Positions 1 through 13,184 of a stretch of DNA of 64,000 nucleotides are shown in pieces. Location: assembly GCA_951406725.2 (NCBI GenBank), contig OX597819.1:4712001-4776000 (forward strand). Direction: 5' to 3'. The position numbers and the translations under genes were made by a program. The notes below the pieces were generated by a model. The model did no database searches. It saw only the letters and a program-made list of their open reading frames with translations, and was not told where the DNA came from. The stretch is from Octopus vulgaris (Eukaryota). Numbering within the stretch: the first letter of the stretch is position 1; each line of letters begins with the position of its first letter.

Positions 1-246
1 TTCGATCTAATCCTACAATTACAACTGGGGGGATAATTCCTGGTACTAGTATTATTTATGGACAATTCGATTTCATTTCTATTATTAGAGTTTTTATTAG
101 TATTAGTGTTATTTTCTCTAATAGTAGTTACATTGTTATGTAAACTGGGGTTACTAGTTATTAATCTATTCTCACTATCTTCACCTACTACATTTTTATC
201 TATACTACCTATATTATTGATGTTGTTATAATCACTATTTATATTA

Positions 247-262
247 ATGTTGTTATTATTAA

Positions 263-325
<63 letters not shown>

Positions 326-440
326 TATTATCGTTATTATCATTATTATTATTATTATTATTATTATCATTATTATTATTATCATTATTATTATCATTAT
401 TATTATTATTATCATTATTACTATTGTAATTATTATACAC

Positions 441-526
<86 letters not shown>

Positions 527-570
527 ATACTGGCAGGAAGAGAATATATATATATATATATATATATATA
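247..570. repeat. (ATT)n, (CA)n and (TA)n microsatellite cluster
   Basis: Direct reading; explains the poly-I and poly-L ORFs. Confidence 0.95.
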
Positions 571-1544
571 AAGAAAGAAAGAATAATGAAGAATGTTAGA
601 ATCCAGGCTAAATTAAAGAAATTAGAATTGAAATGCTAATGTAACTATAGAACTACAAGAATCCCAATACAACAGCAGCCTAAGATAAATCTCCCTCTTG
701 GCTGACTGAAACGACCACTGCTTTGTTTTTTTATCCGTTCGGTTCATATAACACGTTACTGATATTTATTTTTTTGACTTTAGGAGTTGAAAAACTTGCC
801 AAATATTATCACATTTTTACAACAAAGCAACCGTTCTAGATAAATTAACTATACTGAATTATAAGTTTACCTATTTCGACCGTTCTGTTTCCCTTCACTG
901 CATTCTCTTTGTACCAAATTCTCCTCAGTCAAACTAAAAGTGAAAATGTTCATTGGTTTGTCCAAACCAATTACAGCATACGATCTCCGAGGAGAGTGAC
1001 CGATACTTTATGCATTTAGATATTTGCGACTACTCAATCAGAATATTATTCCAACTGTATTCTGTAGCCCTATGTCGATCGTTGTGAAAGAATTCTAATC
1101 GATCAAAATCAGAAGCAAATTTACATTAAATAGCAATGATTTTGTTCAAATCTGCATATCAGTACATCAATCCTTTTGAGAACGTCGCTCACGTTTCTAC
1201 ACAATGCATGTGTAATTCACAATCTTCTCTACACGCAGAAATGCATATAATATGTAGTTATAAGAAGTTTAATAGTAGTTTCCTATCTAATAATTTCTAG
1301 TTCTAATTCTATCAAGTTCTAATTTTATCGAGTTCTATCTGAAAATATAATTTTCATCCACACTTGCGCCTTTAAGTCGGCATAGAAGTGAGTGGGCGTA
1401 TATGTGTGCGTGTGTTTATGTGTGTGAAAGAAATGGAGTGATTGCTTACAGCCATTTGATTTCTTTCTTTCCAAAATAACTTTTTGATTCGGTTGTCTGT
1501 CGAACAAAACTAATATAACTTCTATTAATTTTAAATAAACGAAC

Positions 1545-1590
<46 letters not shown>

Positions 1591-1639
1591 TATATATACA
1601 TATATATATATATATACATATATATACATATATATATAT

Positions 1640-2007
1640 GCGCAGGTGTGGTTGTTTGGTAAGAAGCTAAATTCCCAACGACATGGTTCTTGGCTCAGTC
1701 CCGCTGCTTGGCACCTTGGACAAGTGTCTTCTACAATACCCTATAGTCTCGGGGCAACCAAAGCCTTGTGAGTGGGTTTGGTAGACGGAAACTGAAATGT
1801 ATATATTTGCGTGTTTCTTTGTGTCTGTGCTTGTCCAATCACCGCTTGACAACCGGTGTTGGTTTGTTTACGTTCCCGTAACTTAACGGTTCGGCATAAG
1901 AGTTTCGATAGAATAAGTACCAAACTTCAAAAAAATTAGTTCGCGGTCGATTCATTCACCTAAAATTCTTTAGAGTGGTGCCCCAGTATGGCCGTAGTCT
2001 AATGAAA
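1640..2007 (+). mobile_element. tRNA-derived SINE family A (CORE-like), diverged copy
   Basis: GCGCAGG..GTGG..GGTAAG head, GGCACCTTGG(G/A)CAAGTG core and CAGCATGGCCGCAGT-like tail shared with the 35278 and 40174 copies. Confidence 0.85.
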
Positions 2008-2164
2008 GATACACACAAATATCAGCAATTCGATTTTGAATATACACACCAAATTTCCTGGTGCAGCCATGATGTTCAGGTGTACAGATGACCAAGCTTT
2101 CTTTATTTGCATTAATTTGTGAATGAATATACAATTTTATTATATATACGTGTGTGTGTGTTTC

Positions 2165-2221
<57 letters not shown>

Positions 2222-2297
2222 ATCTTCACTGTCCCTAAAACGAGTTATGTCATTTCACGTTCTCAAGGTTTCTAAATTCTTATAGCTTCGAAGACCG

Positions 2298-2356
2298 GTG
2301 ATTGCCGTGCGCTGACGACGGGTAAATACCCAGAAACCCGGGTCCGTGCGTATCAC
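2298..2356 (+). ncRNA. Type I hammerhead ribozyme motif with palindromic helix III (Penelope-type)
   Basis: CGTGCG-CTGACGA-c-GGGT aaat ACCC-a-GAAA-CCCGGG-TC-CGTGCG; outer pairing GTGAT/ATCAC; predicted cleavage after C2344. Confidence 0.8.
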
Positions 2357-3007
2357 GTCAGGTCGACGATGTGTGTGTGTGTATGTATGTGTGTGTGTAA
2401 AGTCATAAATGACAGAGAAATAGTCTGGTGACATTTTATCTGACAATAAGAAAACTGCAACATCACGAGAAATTATGTCTATGCCAATATGCTGATAACA
2501 GACTTTTAAATCGTCAATTTCCACATATTATATACTCACTTCAGAAACACGTTGTACTGAAAATCGGGAAGCTAGTCAACAGAATTGTTTTAAAAAGTTC
2601 GTTATTTCTATATTGAATTAATATCGGAATTAATCTCATAGATTCCTCTACTGAAGAGGAAAAAATCGCGTTTATATTTTCAAAAATTCCAATTTTTAAG
2701 TAAGCAAAATATATTCAATCGAAAATAAGTAAGTAGAATAGAGTAACAGAACACAAGACTCTTTACTACTCAATGTATATATTGTCTGAATTCTAACAAA
2801 AGCAAAAGCATCTACTTCAAGAAATGTGTAGAAACGCGAAAACGATAAGAAGAACGTTTGGATGACTAGACTTTGGCGCCATAATTCTGTTAGACCTTCA
2901 ACGGCCGGACAAAGTTTAAAAGGTCAGCTCATTCTCATTAATCTGTAAGTGCTGAGAGAAGAAAACAAAAGATTTTAAATATATGTTTTAAAGTGTTGAT
3001 TTTTCTG

Positions 3008-3172
3008 CGACTAAAATTTCTTCAAGGCGATGTCCCAGCATGGCTGCAGTCTAATAACTGCAGCAACAAGTAAAAATATTTAAAAATTCTGGCGTCGATA
3101 CATTCGACTAAGAATTCTTCAAGGCTGTGTCCCAGCATGGCCGCAGTCTAATGACTGAAACAAGTAAAAGGT
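3008..3172 (+). mobile_element. Two tandem 3' tail fragments of SINE family A
   Basis: CGACTAA..TTCTTCAAGGC..TGTCCCAGCATGGC.GCAGTCTAAT.ACTG repeated twice. Confidence 0.75.
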
Positions 3173-3251
3173 GAAAAAAACAAAAAGCAGTCAAAAATAA
3201 AACCGTGGAGCTTCGGTCTGAGGGGCTTTTTTCCTACACTCATATACATAT

Positions 3252-3629
3252 GCAATGGCCTAGTGGTTAGGGCAGCGGACTCGCGGTCGTAGGATCGCGG
3301 TTTCGATTCTCAGACCGGGTGTTGTGAGTGTTTATTGAGCGAAAACACCTAAAAGCTCCACGAGGCTCCGGCAGGGGATGGTGGTGATCCCTGCTGTACT
3401 CTTTCACCACAACTTTCTCTCACCCTTACTTCCTGTTTCTGTTGTACCTGTATTTCAAAGGGCCGGCCTTGTCACTCTCTGTGTCACGCTGAATATTCCC
3501 CGAGAACTACGTTAAGGGTACATGTGTCTGTGGAGTGCTCAGCCACTTGCACGTTAATTTCGCGAGCAGGCTGTTCCGTTGATCGGATCAACCGGAACCC
3601 TCGTCGTCGTAACCGACGGAGTGCTTCCA
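3252..3629 (+). mobile_element. tRNA-derived SINE family B
   Basis: A box TGGCCTAGTGG and B-box-like GGTTTCGATTC; near-identical to 6481-6866 (-) and similar to 20686-21065. Confidence 0.9.
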
Positions 3630-3780
3630 TTCCATACATACACACACACACACACACCAGCTGAGTATCTTGTTGCTGGGAAATTTTGACAATAGAATAC
3701 CAAGACAGATTTTCGAAATCGCACACCCGCATAAGTAAGATTTTGTCTATTTTTACTGGGATTTTTCAAATTTTTAAACC

Positions 3781-3888
3781 ATAGTAGCTACGGCGGTACA
3801 TATTCTAAAATTAGAACGATACTGAGAAGATTAGCATGGCCCCTGCGCACGGATGACACGCAAATTCGTGAAGCGTTCCATATTTTTT
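3781..3888 (+). pseudogene. U6: U6 snRNA pseudogene, near full length
   Basis: Matches U6 through GAAGATTAGCATGGCCCCTGCGCA.GGATGACACGCAAATTCGTGAAGCGTTCCATATTTTT; ACAGAGA box mutated to ACTGAGA and 5' stem substitutions. Confidence 0.92.
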
Positions 3889-3891
3889 ATA

Positions 3892-4305
3892 GGCGCAGGA
3901 GTAGCTGTGTGGTAAAAGGTTCTGGGTTCAGTCCCACTGCGTGGCACCTTGGCTAAGTGTCTATAGCGTCGGGCTGACCAAAGCCTTGTGAGTGGATTTG
4001 GTAGACGGAAACTGAAAGGAGCCCGTCGTATATATGTATATGTGTGTGCGTGTGTGTGTTTGTGTGTCTGTGTGTGTGTGATTGTGTGTCTGTGTTTGTC
4101 TACCCCCCCCCCCCCCAACATCGCTTGACAACCGGTGCTGGTGTATTTACGTCCCCGTAACTTAGCGGTTCGGCAAAAGAGACCAATAGAATAAGTACTA
4201 GGCTTACAAAGATTTGTTCGATTTGTTCGACTAAAGGCGGTGCTCCAGCATGGCCGCAGTCAAATGACTGAAACAAGTAAAAGAGAGTAAAGAGAGTAAA
4301 GAGAG
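3892..4305 (+). mobile_element. SINE family A with internal deletions
   Basis: GGCGCAGGAGT.GCTGTGTGGTAA head, internal TG microsatellite, GAAACAAGTAAAAGAGAG tail. Confidence 0.9.
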
Positions 4306-4920
4306 TATACTTTGCAAATGATGGTGGAAAAGCTTTGTATAGAAAAAAGACATTTTGAAAATTTATACCCTTATTCCACCCTCTTCCGGACCGATTTTGT
4401 CCAATTTGTTTTGTTTTTTTTGCATTACGCACTTAAAAACAATTAGGAGACGCTTTTTCGATTAAAAGATAAAGAAAATTCAAAATGTGATTTTTCAAAC
4501 CCCTCTCCCCAACTCAGTACCTTTTTCTTTTTTTAACTATGCACTTGAAAACGATGAGAGAAGCCTTGAAGGTTTAAAAAAAAAACATTTTTGGGGAAAT
4601 CGGCGATCACAGCCAGAAATGCGTCTGGGAGTCCGCCAGGAGAAAACATTGAAAAGTTATGGTGTTTTTACACCTTTTACGATAACCAAGAATTTTTCCA
4701 GCATTAACCGCAGTAAATTTGCCTTTAGGAGTTAAAATATGTCACAAACATATTTTAAGTAACCTAAAGTTCATGTGTATGTGTGTGTGTGTATGTGTGT
4801 GTGTGTGTGTGTGTGTATGTGTGTGTGTGTGTATCTTCCTAAATTGATTTCTCTTCCTTTTCTCTCACAGATTTCTCTATTTCTTCCTTCTCAGTTCTGT
4901 CCGCTTCTTATTCTCTCACG

Positions 4921-4975
<55 letters not shown>

Positions 4976-5242
4976 TCTCTCTCTCTCTATTCAGCTTCTC
5001 TGTCTATCCCTCTTTCTCGAGTCACAATCCTTTAAAAACACATTGAATACTTGTTCGAATTTCCATTAAAAAATTGGAAACAGCGAACACGCTTTGCTTT
5101 AGCATTATTTTTGTGACAACATTCTCATGTATACATATATATATATACATAAAAAATATATAAAAACTGGTAGTTAACAGTCAGTACCCATATGTGTGTG
5201 TGTGTGTGTGTGGGTGTGTGGGGGGTGTATGTGTGTGTGCGT

Positions 5243-5428
5243 CGCCATGATAGATCGTTAGCCACTACACACGCTTTTTTCTTTCCTTGTTTTTTTGTGT
5301 CCCTTTCTGTAGAAGAGCGTAGGCTCGAAACGTAAAAGACTTTTTCTATTCCTGAGCGTTATACTAATACATCTGTTTGTTGTCTACACCACCTGTCTTC
5401 GTCTTTTGTTTTATTCGTAAACTCTCCC

Positions 5429-5429
<1 letters not shown>
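5243..5429 (+). mobile_element. Penelope-like terminal-repeat fragment with minimal hammerhead-like motif (5299-5340)
   Basis: Second copy at 14789-14977; CTTT-CTGTAGA-a-GAGC gtag GCTC-GAAA-CG-TA-AAAG; ends in (TA)n. Confidence 0.65.
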
Positions 5430-5465
<36 letters not shown>

Positions 5466-6178
5466 ATATATATAGTATATAGTATATATATATATATATA
5501 GGTACTGACTGTTAACCTCCAATTTTTTTTCTCTTTGACTTACCACTTTGACTCAACAACGTTTTCTATACTTTCATTTGATTCATAACATCTGAGATCT
5601 TCATCGAACAATTCCTTGTGATTATAACCAGCTGTAAAATAGCTGCTGAGGTCATCGTGCTCTTGTTTAGCATTTCATCGTTAGCTTCCTTTCTTCCCTT
5701 CTCTTCTCTTCCTTCCCTTCCATATTTCGAGAACTAATGCTTTATACTTGTCAATGGGAAGCAATAATATTCTTCTTCCCAATGTTAATTTATATGTTAA
5801 CCTGTACCCATTATGCACAGATTACTGACCGAAAATTACTGAATTGAACTAAAAGGGCTGAAATAGTTAAGTGAACAAAACGGCACAAACTGGTTGAACT
5901 CGGTGACAGAATTCAATGGCCGGTCTAAATGGCTGAAATAACTGGACAAACAAAAACGTTCAAAGAGAAAAGCTAAGACCAACAGAACAGTGCATTGCTA
6001 AACGCTGACATCTAACTGATAGGCAAGAAGTTTAGATAACAACAGAAATCACATCTCTCTCTCTCTCTTTTTCTCTCTCTCTCTTTATCTCTTCTCTCTT
6101 TCTCTCTGTCTCTCTCTGTCTCTCTCTGTCTCTCTTTCTCACTCATACACATACTATCTCTCACACACACATACTCTT

Positions 6179-6218
<40 letters not shown>

Positions 6219-6480
6219 TCGCGTTCTCTCTCTTTCCCTCTCTTTCCTTTTCTCATTGTCCTATGCTTCAGAACACAAACTATCCGTACATAATTCCGCG
6301 TGTACATTCTCCATCTACCTACCTACTCACAATCTAAACCATGCATGGGCAACTTTTCGCGGGAAGCGGGACGCGTGAGACATGGCTCACCATCAGGCGG
6401 GCCACATTACTAAAAATACTAAAAGACTATTCCTCGTTATGCGTGCAAGTCCTGCGGATTTCAGGTTGCCTATGGTTGGC

Positions 6481-6866
6481 TGGAAGCACTCCGTCGGTTA
6501 CGACGACGAGGGTTCCGGTTGATCCGATCAACGGAACAGCCTGCTCGTGAAATTAACGTGTAAGTGGCTGAGCACTCCACAGACACGTGTACCCTTAACG
6601 TAGTTCTCGAGGATATTCAGCGTGACACAGAGAGTGACATGGCCGGCCCCTTGAAATACAGGTACAACAGAAACAGGAAGTTAGAGTGAGAGAAAGTTGT
6701 GGTGAAAGAGTACAGCAGGGATCACCACCATCCCCTGCCGGAGCCTCGTGGAGCTTTTTAGGTGTTTTCGCTCAATAAACACTCACAACGCCCGGTCTGG
6801 GAATCGAAACCGCGATCCTATGACCGCGAGTCCACAGCCCTAACCACTGGGCCATTGCGCCTCCAC
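6481..6866 (-). mobile_element. SINE family B
   Basis: Reverse complement of 3252-3629. Confidence 0.9.
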
Positions 6867-6920
6867 ATGCTGCCTATGACTGACCTAAACACACAACATA
6901 CAAGAATACACACGCGCGTG

Positions 6921-6975
<55 letters not shown>

Positions 6976-7296
6976 ATGCTCACATACATATATTTTGATG
7001 GGAATGTTCTATCAAAGGCAAACAGGATCTAGATGGTTTGGCTGCCAGCATCATTGTCTGTTCGAATTGATTTCATATTCAGTGTAATGATACACTTTTA
7101 TAGATTTAGGAATGACGTGAAAAATCATTTTTGCAATAAATCGATAAATAAAGAGTTAGTAGCAATTAAAGTTTGAAAATTTGGGGTAATTTTAGTGAAT
7201 CGTGAGCCAGAGACACATTTATGCCTGTTTCCATAACAACAAGCCAAACATGAGAATTCTTTTGTCAGTGGAAAAGCACGTGTGTTGACGCATATA

Positions 7297-7528
7297 TTTT
7301 TCTTTATTACCCACAAGGGGCTAAACACAGAGGGGACAAACAAGGACAGACAAACGGATTAAGTCGATTACATCGACCCCAGTGCGTAACTGGTACTTAA
7401 TTTATCGACCCCGAAAGGATGAAAGGCAAAATCGACCTCGGCTGAATTTGAATTCAGAACGTAACGGCAGACGAAATACCGCTAAGCATTTCGCCCGGGG
7501 CGCTACCGTTTCTGCCAGCTCGCCGCCT
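7297..7528 (-). mobile_element. tRNA-derived SINE family C
   Basis: GGCGGCGAGCTGGCAGAA head, GTTCTGA.TTCAAATTC B box, central TTGCCTTTCATCCTTTCGGGGTCGATAAATTAAGTACCAG. Confidence 0.9.
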
Positions 7529-7990
7529 CCTGCTCATCAACCTTGTACCATCCTTTGAATTTAGTCATGCTTACCAGAATTTTCTTCTTTTTTTTACATT
7601 TTTTTCCTATAAAAAGCTATTAGGTTCTAAAGTTTAGCAGCTGAAAGGTGAGGTAAGCGATCCAGCGGAAAGATTTTAATGAAAAATGAAACCAATCGGT
7701 TTCATCGTTATTCCAAACTGTTGAAATTCATGTGGCTTCTCCTTGGCGTCTATTTCATAGAATGACTACATGTATGTATATTAAAAACAAATTGTATATG
7801 ATTTCCATACACACACATACACACGCATATACATACATACATACATACATACATACATACATACATACATACATACATACATACATGAACATACACACAG
7901 ATTGGGGATGGGGAGAATTAAAATTCTATATTTACGCACCAAAATGAATTGCCAGTGCTGTGTTTTAGCAGATGTGATTTAATATGAAAA

Positions 7991-8378
7991 TCTTTATATA
8001 CAAAAGTGAAGTTGTGTGCTGTCTGTCTCCTACGATTTAGATTCCTAACTACTCCCACATTTTGCGATGCAGTTTAACCAAAACCGGGTATCTTATAGTC
8101 GTGATTCATATCAAGCCCTTCTGGGTGTTAGCGCGCGTCTACGATGAGTCTACGATTTAAAAAAAAATTACCATAATTTTGTTCCATTTTAATGCATTTT
8201 TCGGTATTATATAAGGGAAGTAACTCTCTAAAAATGTCTACGATGAGTCAACGATTTTTAAAAAATTTACCATAATTTTTTTTTCCATTTTTTTGCTATT
8301 TTTTGGCTATAACTCTCTAAAAATGCTTATATAGTTATTTCCCTTACAAACCCGAGCAACGCCGGGCGATACTGCTAG
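7991..8378 (+). mobile_element. Non-autonomous Helitron, copy 1
   Basis: 5' TC, 3' hairpin CCCG-AGCAACGC-CGGG then CTAG, inserted between A and T, no TSD; three copies in window. Confidence 0.88.
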
Positions 8379-9872
8379 TTTGGATATAAAAACCAGAACG
8401 AAGTAGTTTTCGTTGGTGTTGTTGTTTTTGTTGTTGATGATGATGATGACGACGACGACGATGGTGAGAACGAGATTGGGGAGTGGGAAGATACATTTTT
8501 ACGACGACTTATCCACGACGTGTGGGTGGTGGTCCGTTTGTGTGGCGGTGTGTGCGTGTACTTATATGCATGCATATATGTATGTATGCATATTTGTAAC
8601 TGTGTATATTTGTAACTGTGTGTATATGTTTATGTGTATATATGTATGATATATGTAATTGCATGTACGTGTGTGAATGCGTGTGGGTTTGTGGCTTTAT
8701 CTAATGGATATATGTGCATGTGTGTGTGTGAGAGAGAGAGAGTGTGTGTGTGTGTGTGAGCGCGCGCGTGTGTAAGGATAAATATTTATTCCACAAAGTA
8801 AATGGATAAATACTTTCACTTTCCTGACATTTCGTGATCAAACACAATGTTTACTCATTCGAGGGATCACATACGAGGTTGTAGTTGTGACCTTCATGCT
8901 TCTCTTGAACGTTCAAATGTTTCGAAATGCTATCTTGATTGCTATTTGTTATAGAAGGAGTTTGTTGATACGAAGAACCAGCATGATGCCATGTCTCGTC
9001 TGGCTACCAGACGTTGCTGTTATTGTTGTTGTTGTCCTCCAGGTGGGCATTGGTTTAGCAGACGCCTGGTTAAAGGCTTTTAAACATAGTGTATCTGGGA
9101 CTAAGCTATCGAATATGTCTTCCATTGCTAAGACGATACACAATGATTTGAGAGTAGTTAAGCTACCATTTCTGGCAGATATAGCGAACACAGGAAGACC
9201 CCCATCATTAACTCAGCTTTGTTTTAGCTGTAATACCTTTCATATTCGTTTCATGCGGTTTATATTGACCTTAACTCTATCCGTCGCTAATAGTTATTTT
9301 TTAAGAAGCCTGTTGGCCCTTTGCAGCATTAGTGACTGAAAAGACACTGAAATTTTCTATATCGTGGAAAACGATATTTTGCTGATATGCAGTGGTTGGA
9401 CGCCTACCACTGAGGAAATCAAGTACATTTAAATCACGTAATCTGGGAATCCCATCACCCGTAACAGATGATTCTCGTTCTCGTCCGCTACGAATACTGC
9501 AGGAAATCGACGTTAAGTCGGATATAAAGATTGCCTTTTAGTACTAATACGGCTTCCGTCGCTAATAATTATTTTTTTGATAAGCCTGCTGGTTATTTGA
9601 GACATCATTGACTGAAAAAAACACTGAAATTCTATATATCGTGGCAGCGAGATTTGGCTGATATGCGGTGACCGGACGCCTGCCATTTAGGAAGTCTAGT
9701 AAACTTAAATCACGTGATCTGTCAGTCACTGTACCCTTAGCAAGCAATTTTCATCTGCTACGATATATATGCATCTTTTTATGCACCGTGTGTCTACATT
9801 AGAGGAACTCTGAAGATTAATGCTACGGTATTCGGGGTTCTAACAAGACATTCGCATTAAGTTGGATATAAT

Positions 9873-10084
9873 CCTTTCTACTATAGGCACAAGGCCGAAA
9901 ATTTGAGGAAGTAGTAGAGTCGATTACATCGACCCCAGTATTCACCTGGTAGTTATTTTATCGACCCCAAAAGAATGAAAGGCAAAGTCGACCTCGGCGG
10001 AATTTGAACTCAGAACGTAAAGACAGACAGAATACCACGAAGCATTTCGCCCGGCGTGCTAATGATTCTGCCAGCTCGCCGCCT
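9873..10084 (-). mobile_element. SINE family C with 16-bp TSD
   Basis: TTAAGTTGGATATAAT at 9857-9872 and 10085-10100. Confidence 0.9.
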
Positions 10085-10133
10085 TTAAGTTGGATATAAT
10101 GATTGCTTTTTGATACAAATGAAAATGTTACTA

Positions 10134-10475
10134 TCTCTCTATATATAAAACTGAGAATGTGTATCTGTCTGTCTGTGTGTTTCCCTAAAACTTGAGAACT
10201 ACACAACCAATTTCATTCAAATTTTACACATGCCTTACTTAGGGTCCGGGGAGTGTCATCGGCAAAAAAACTTTTTAACTTTTTACCTAGGGCAAGCCCA
10301 CAGCAAAATCATATCTTCTCCACTACGATTCCCTAAAACTTGAGAACTACACAACCAATTTCATTCAAATTTTACACATGCCTTACTTATGGTCCATGTA
10401 GTTCTATGGGCAAAAAAAATGTTCAACTTCTTGCCTAGAGCGAGCCCATAGCAATATCATATCTTCTCCACTATT
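10134..10475 (+). mobile_element. Helitron-like element 5' portion with internal ~147-bp tandem duplication
   Basis: A|TCTCTCTATATATAAAA start followed by TGTC repeats; TTCCCTAAAACTTGAGAACTACACAACC at 10181 and 10328; 3' end not located. Confidence 0.55.
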
Positions 10476-11315
10476 TCAGTATTACTTGTTAAAAGTGAGA
10501 CAAAAACATTTCTCTATTTTATGTCAGATACTTTCACTTGAACAATAAAAATGATAATAACAATTGAATTATATGTAGTAAGTAATAATTAAAATCAAAC
10601 TAAAGTATAATATAATCGTAACATAACAAAAGTAAAAATAGCAATTGGTATAAAATTGCATCAATGACTTGAACTAGAATAAGTGGTTTCACATGAATGA
10701 GAATAAATTAAAAATAAAATTAGCGTGCAGAAATGGAATAGTTCAGATGGAGCTATGCTTTTACATTAGATTATCTGCTAATTAGCTTGCATTAAGTATC
10801 TATATGAAGTTTGGCTGTATGTAATATCTGTTTTCTCGAACAGCCGCTCCTACAGAGTACTGCTGTTGGTTATCACGTTTGTTGGTTCCTCGTTTTCTAT
10901 AAAACTGATTTTCTATAAAAAAAATTTTTTAATGACTTCATTTGAAGGTTGTCCCGCTTGATATTCAGTATTGACAATAGCTATAAAGCTTCGTTGGCTC
11001 GTGGTATCATTGTTTGTAGTGTGTAGTTGGGGGATCATGTCTCACAGTGTTTGGCATTAATTAAAGAACACTGAAAATGAGTCCCACAGTACATCGTGTA
11101 ATATAATATAACTAAAATTTCCTTAAGGATGATGACAGGCGGGACGAAACGCTTATTGAATATTTAGGTTTTTGTATTTTTCTTTAACACTTATAAAATG
11201 GTTGTCGTAAACTGCTGTTCAGCGTCAGGTCAGCCCTAATCAAATAGACCTATGATGAAAGACATTCTAACCTTGCCTGTCCTTGCCTTCTTCCCTTTTG
11301 TAAAGCTGCGAGATA

Positions 11316-11708
11316 TCTTTATATATAAAAGTGAAGTTGTGTCTGTCTCCTACGATTTAGATTCCTAACTACTCCCACATTTTGCGGTGCAGTTTAACCA
11401 AAACCGGGTATCTTATAGTCGTGATTCATATCAAGCCCTTCTGGGTATTAGCGCGCGTCTACGATGAGTCTACGATTTTAAAAAAATTACCATCATTTTT
11501 TTCCATTTTAATGCATTTTTTCGCTATTATATAAGGGAAGTAACTCTCTAAAAATGTCTACGATGAGTCAACGATTTTTAAAAAAATTACGATCATTTTT
11601 TTCCATTTTTAATGCATTTTTTTTGCTATTTTTTGGCTATAACTCTCTAAAAATGCTTATATAGTTATTTCCCTTACAAACCCGAGCAACGCCGGGCGAT
11701 ACTGCTAG
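11316..11708 (+). mobile_element. Non-autonomous Helitron, copy 2
   Basis: Near-identical to 7991-8378; TC...CTAG. Confidence 0.88.
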
Positions 11709-11974
11709 AACTACATTAGCCAAGAAGCCTTTTCCTCTTCGTAAGGCAACACTGTAATTTGAGGGATATTTAACAGTTACTTGTAGTAGTTTTAGCGAGT
11801 GAGTAGAGGTTCTGTCATTAGCTAGAGGTCGTAGTGCGTAGCTTCAGTAATTTGCATACGTTAGGTTTACTCAAAATGACGAAAAAAATGAACATTCAAT
11901 GTACCAAACTCAGTACATTTTCTACAGATACGCTGTAGAAAATTCAGGATTGCACCAAACCGAGGCTTTCTCAT

Positions 11975-12190
11975 ATTTCTTTTATTTGTTTCAGTCACTT
12001 GATTGCGGTCATGCTGGAGCACCGTCTTCAAGAGTATTAGTTGAGTATTAATCGACCCCAGGACTTTTTTTAAGCCTAGTACTTATTCTATCGGTCTCTT
12101 TTGCCAAACTACTATGTTACAGGGATGTAAACACACTAGCACCGGTTGTGAAGCTGTGATAGGGAGGGCAAACACAGACACACACAGATA
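11975..12190 (-). mobile_element. SINE family A 3' half
   Basis: TTGTTTCAGTCA.TTGA.TGCGG.CATGCTGGAGCACCG. Confidence 0.8.
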
Positions 12191-12460
12191 TATATATATA
12201 TATACATATCAAAAGAAGAAACAGGATGCAAAGATTTTGCGGTACATATGTTTCTGGCTTTATTGAGCAATTTATATCAATGCATAATTGATATAACATG
12301 TAGGTCAACAGCCTTCTTCAGCCGCGTACAATTACCACACCAAAGACATGTATTACATTATAGCAGGTTTGAGAGGAAGTTTGAGTCAAACGGTTTGTCC
12401 TTGTATTAATGAAAGACCATCCAATATATATATACTTATTTCATACATCTATACATACAT

Positions 12461-12511
<51 letters not shown>

Positions 12512-12712
12512 TATGTGCTACTTAGTGAGTTTGTCCGCGCTCGCTCAACCTGTTTGAAATAGCCCTCTCACACTCCTTCCATTCACGTCCTACCGACTTA
12601 AAGAAAACCAGACACTGGACATTGTAGTCCTAAGAATAAGTTAAGATTTAGTCACGGCTGAAACACCATTGCCTCCTATTTCATTCAAAGTTGACCTAAA
12701 GATAAACATCAA

Positions 12713-13111
12713 CATACATACATACATGTATTTATGCATACATGCATACATGCATATATATATATATATACATGCATACATACATACATACATACATACA
12801 TGCATACATACATACATGCATACATACATACATTCATACATTCATACATACATACATACATACATACATACATACATACATACATACATGCATACATACA
12901 TGCATACATACATACATACATACATACATACATGCATACATACATTCATACATTCATACATGCATACATACATACATACATACATACATACATACATACA
13001 TAATACATATACATACATACATACATACATACATTCATACATTCATACATACATACATACATACATTCATACATACATACATACATACATACATACATAC
13101 ACACACACACA
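12713..13111. repeat. (CATA)n tetranucleotide array
   Basis: Direct reading. Confidence 0.95.
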
Positions 13112-13184
13112 TAGAGCGAGAGAAAGCGAGGGAAATACACACAGAGACGATGAAGACCTTGAAATCCTACGATGCAACTGAAAA

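Noticed and set aside
3781-3888. Functional U6 gene
   Set aside because: Essential ACAGAGA box mutated, 5' stem disrupted, no clear TATA box upstream
11125-11160. ATGATGA...CGAAACG hammerhead-like string, with a similar one at 8820-8870(-)
   Set aside because: Core C3 missing or altered and helices unconvincing
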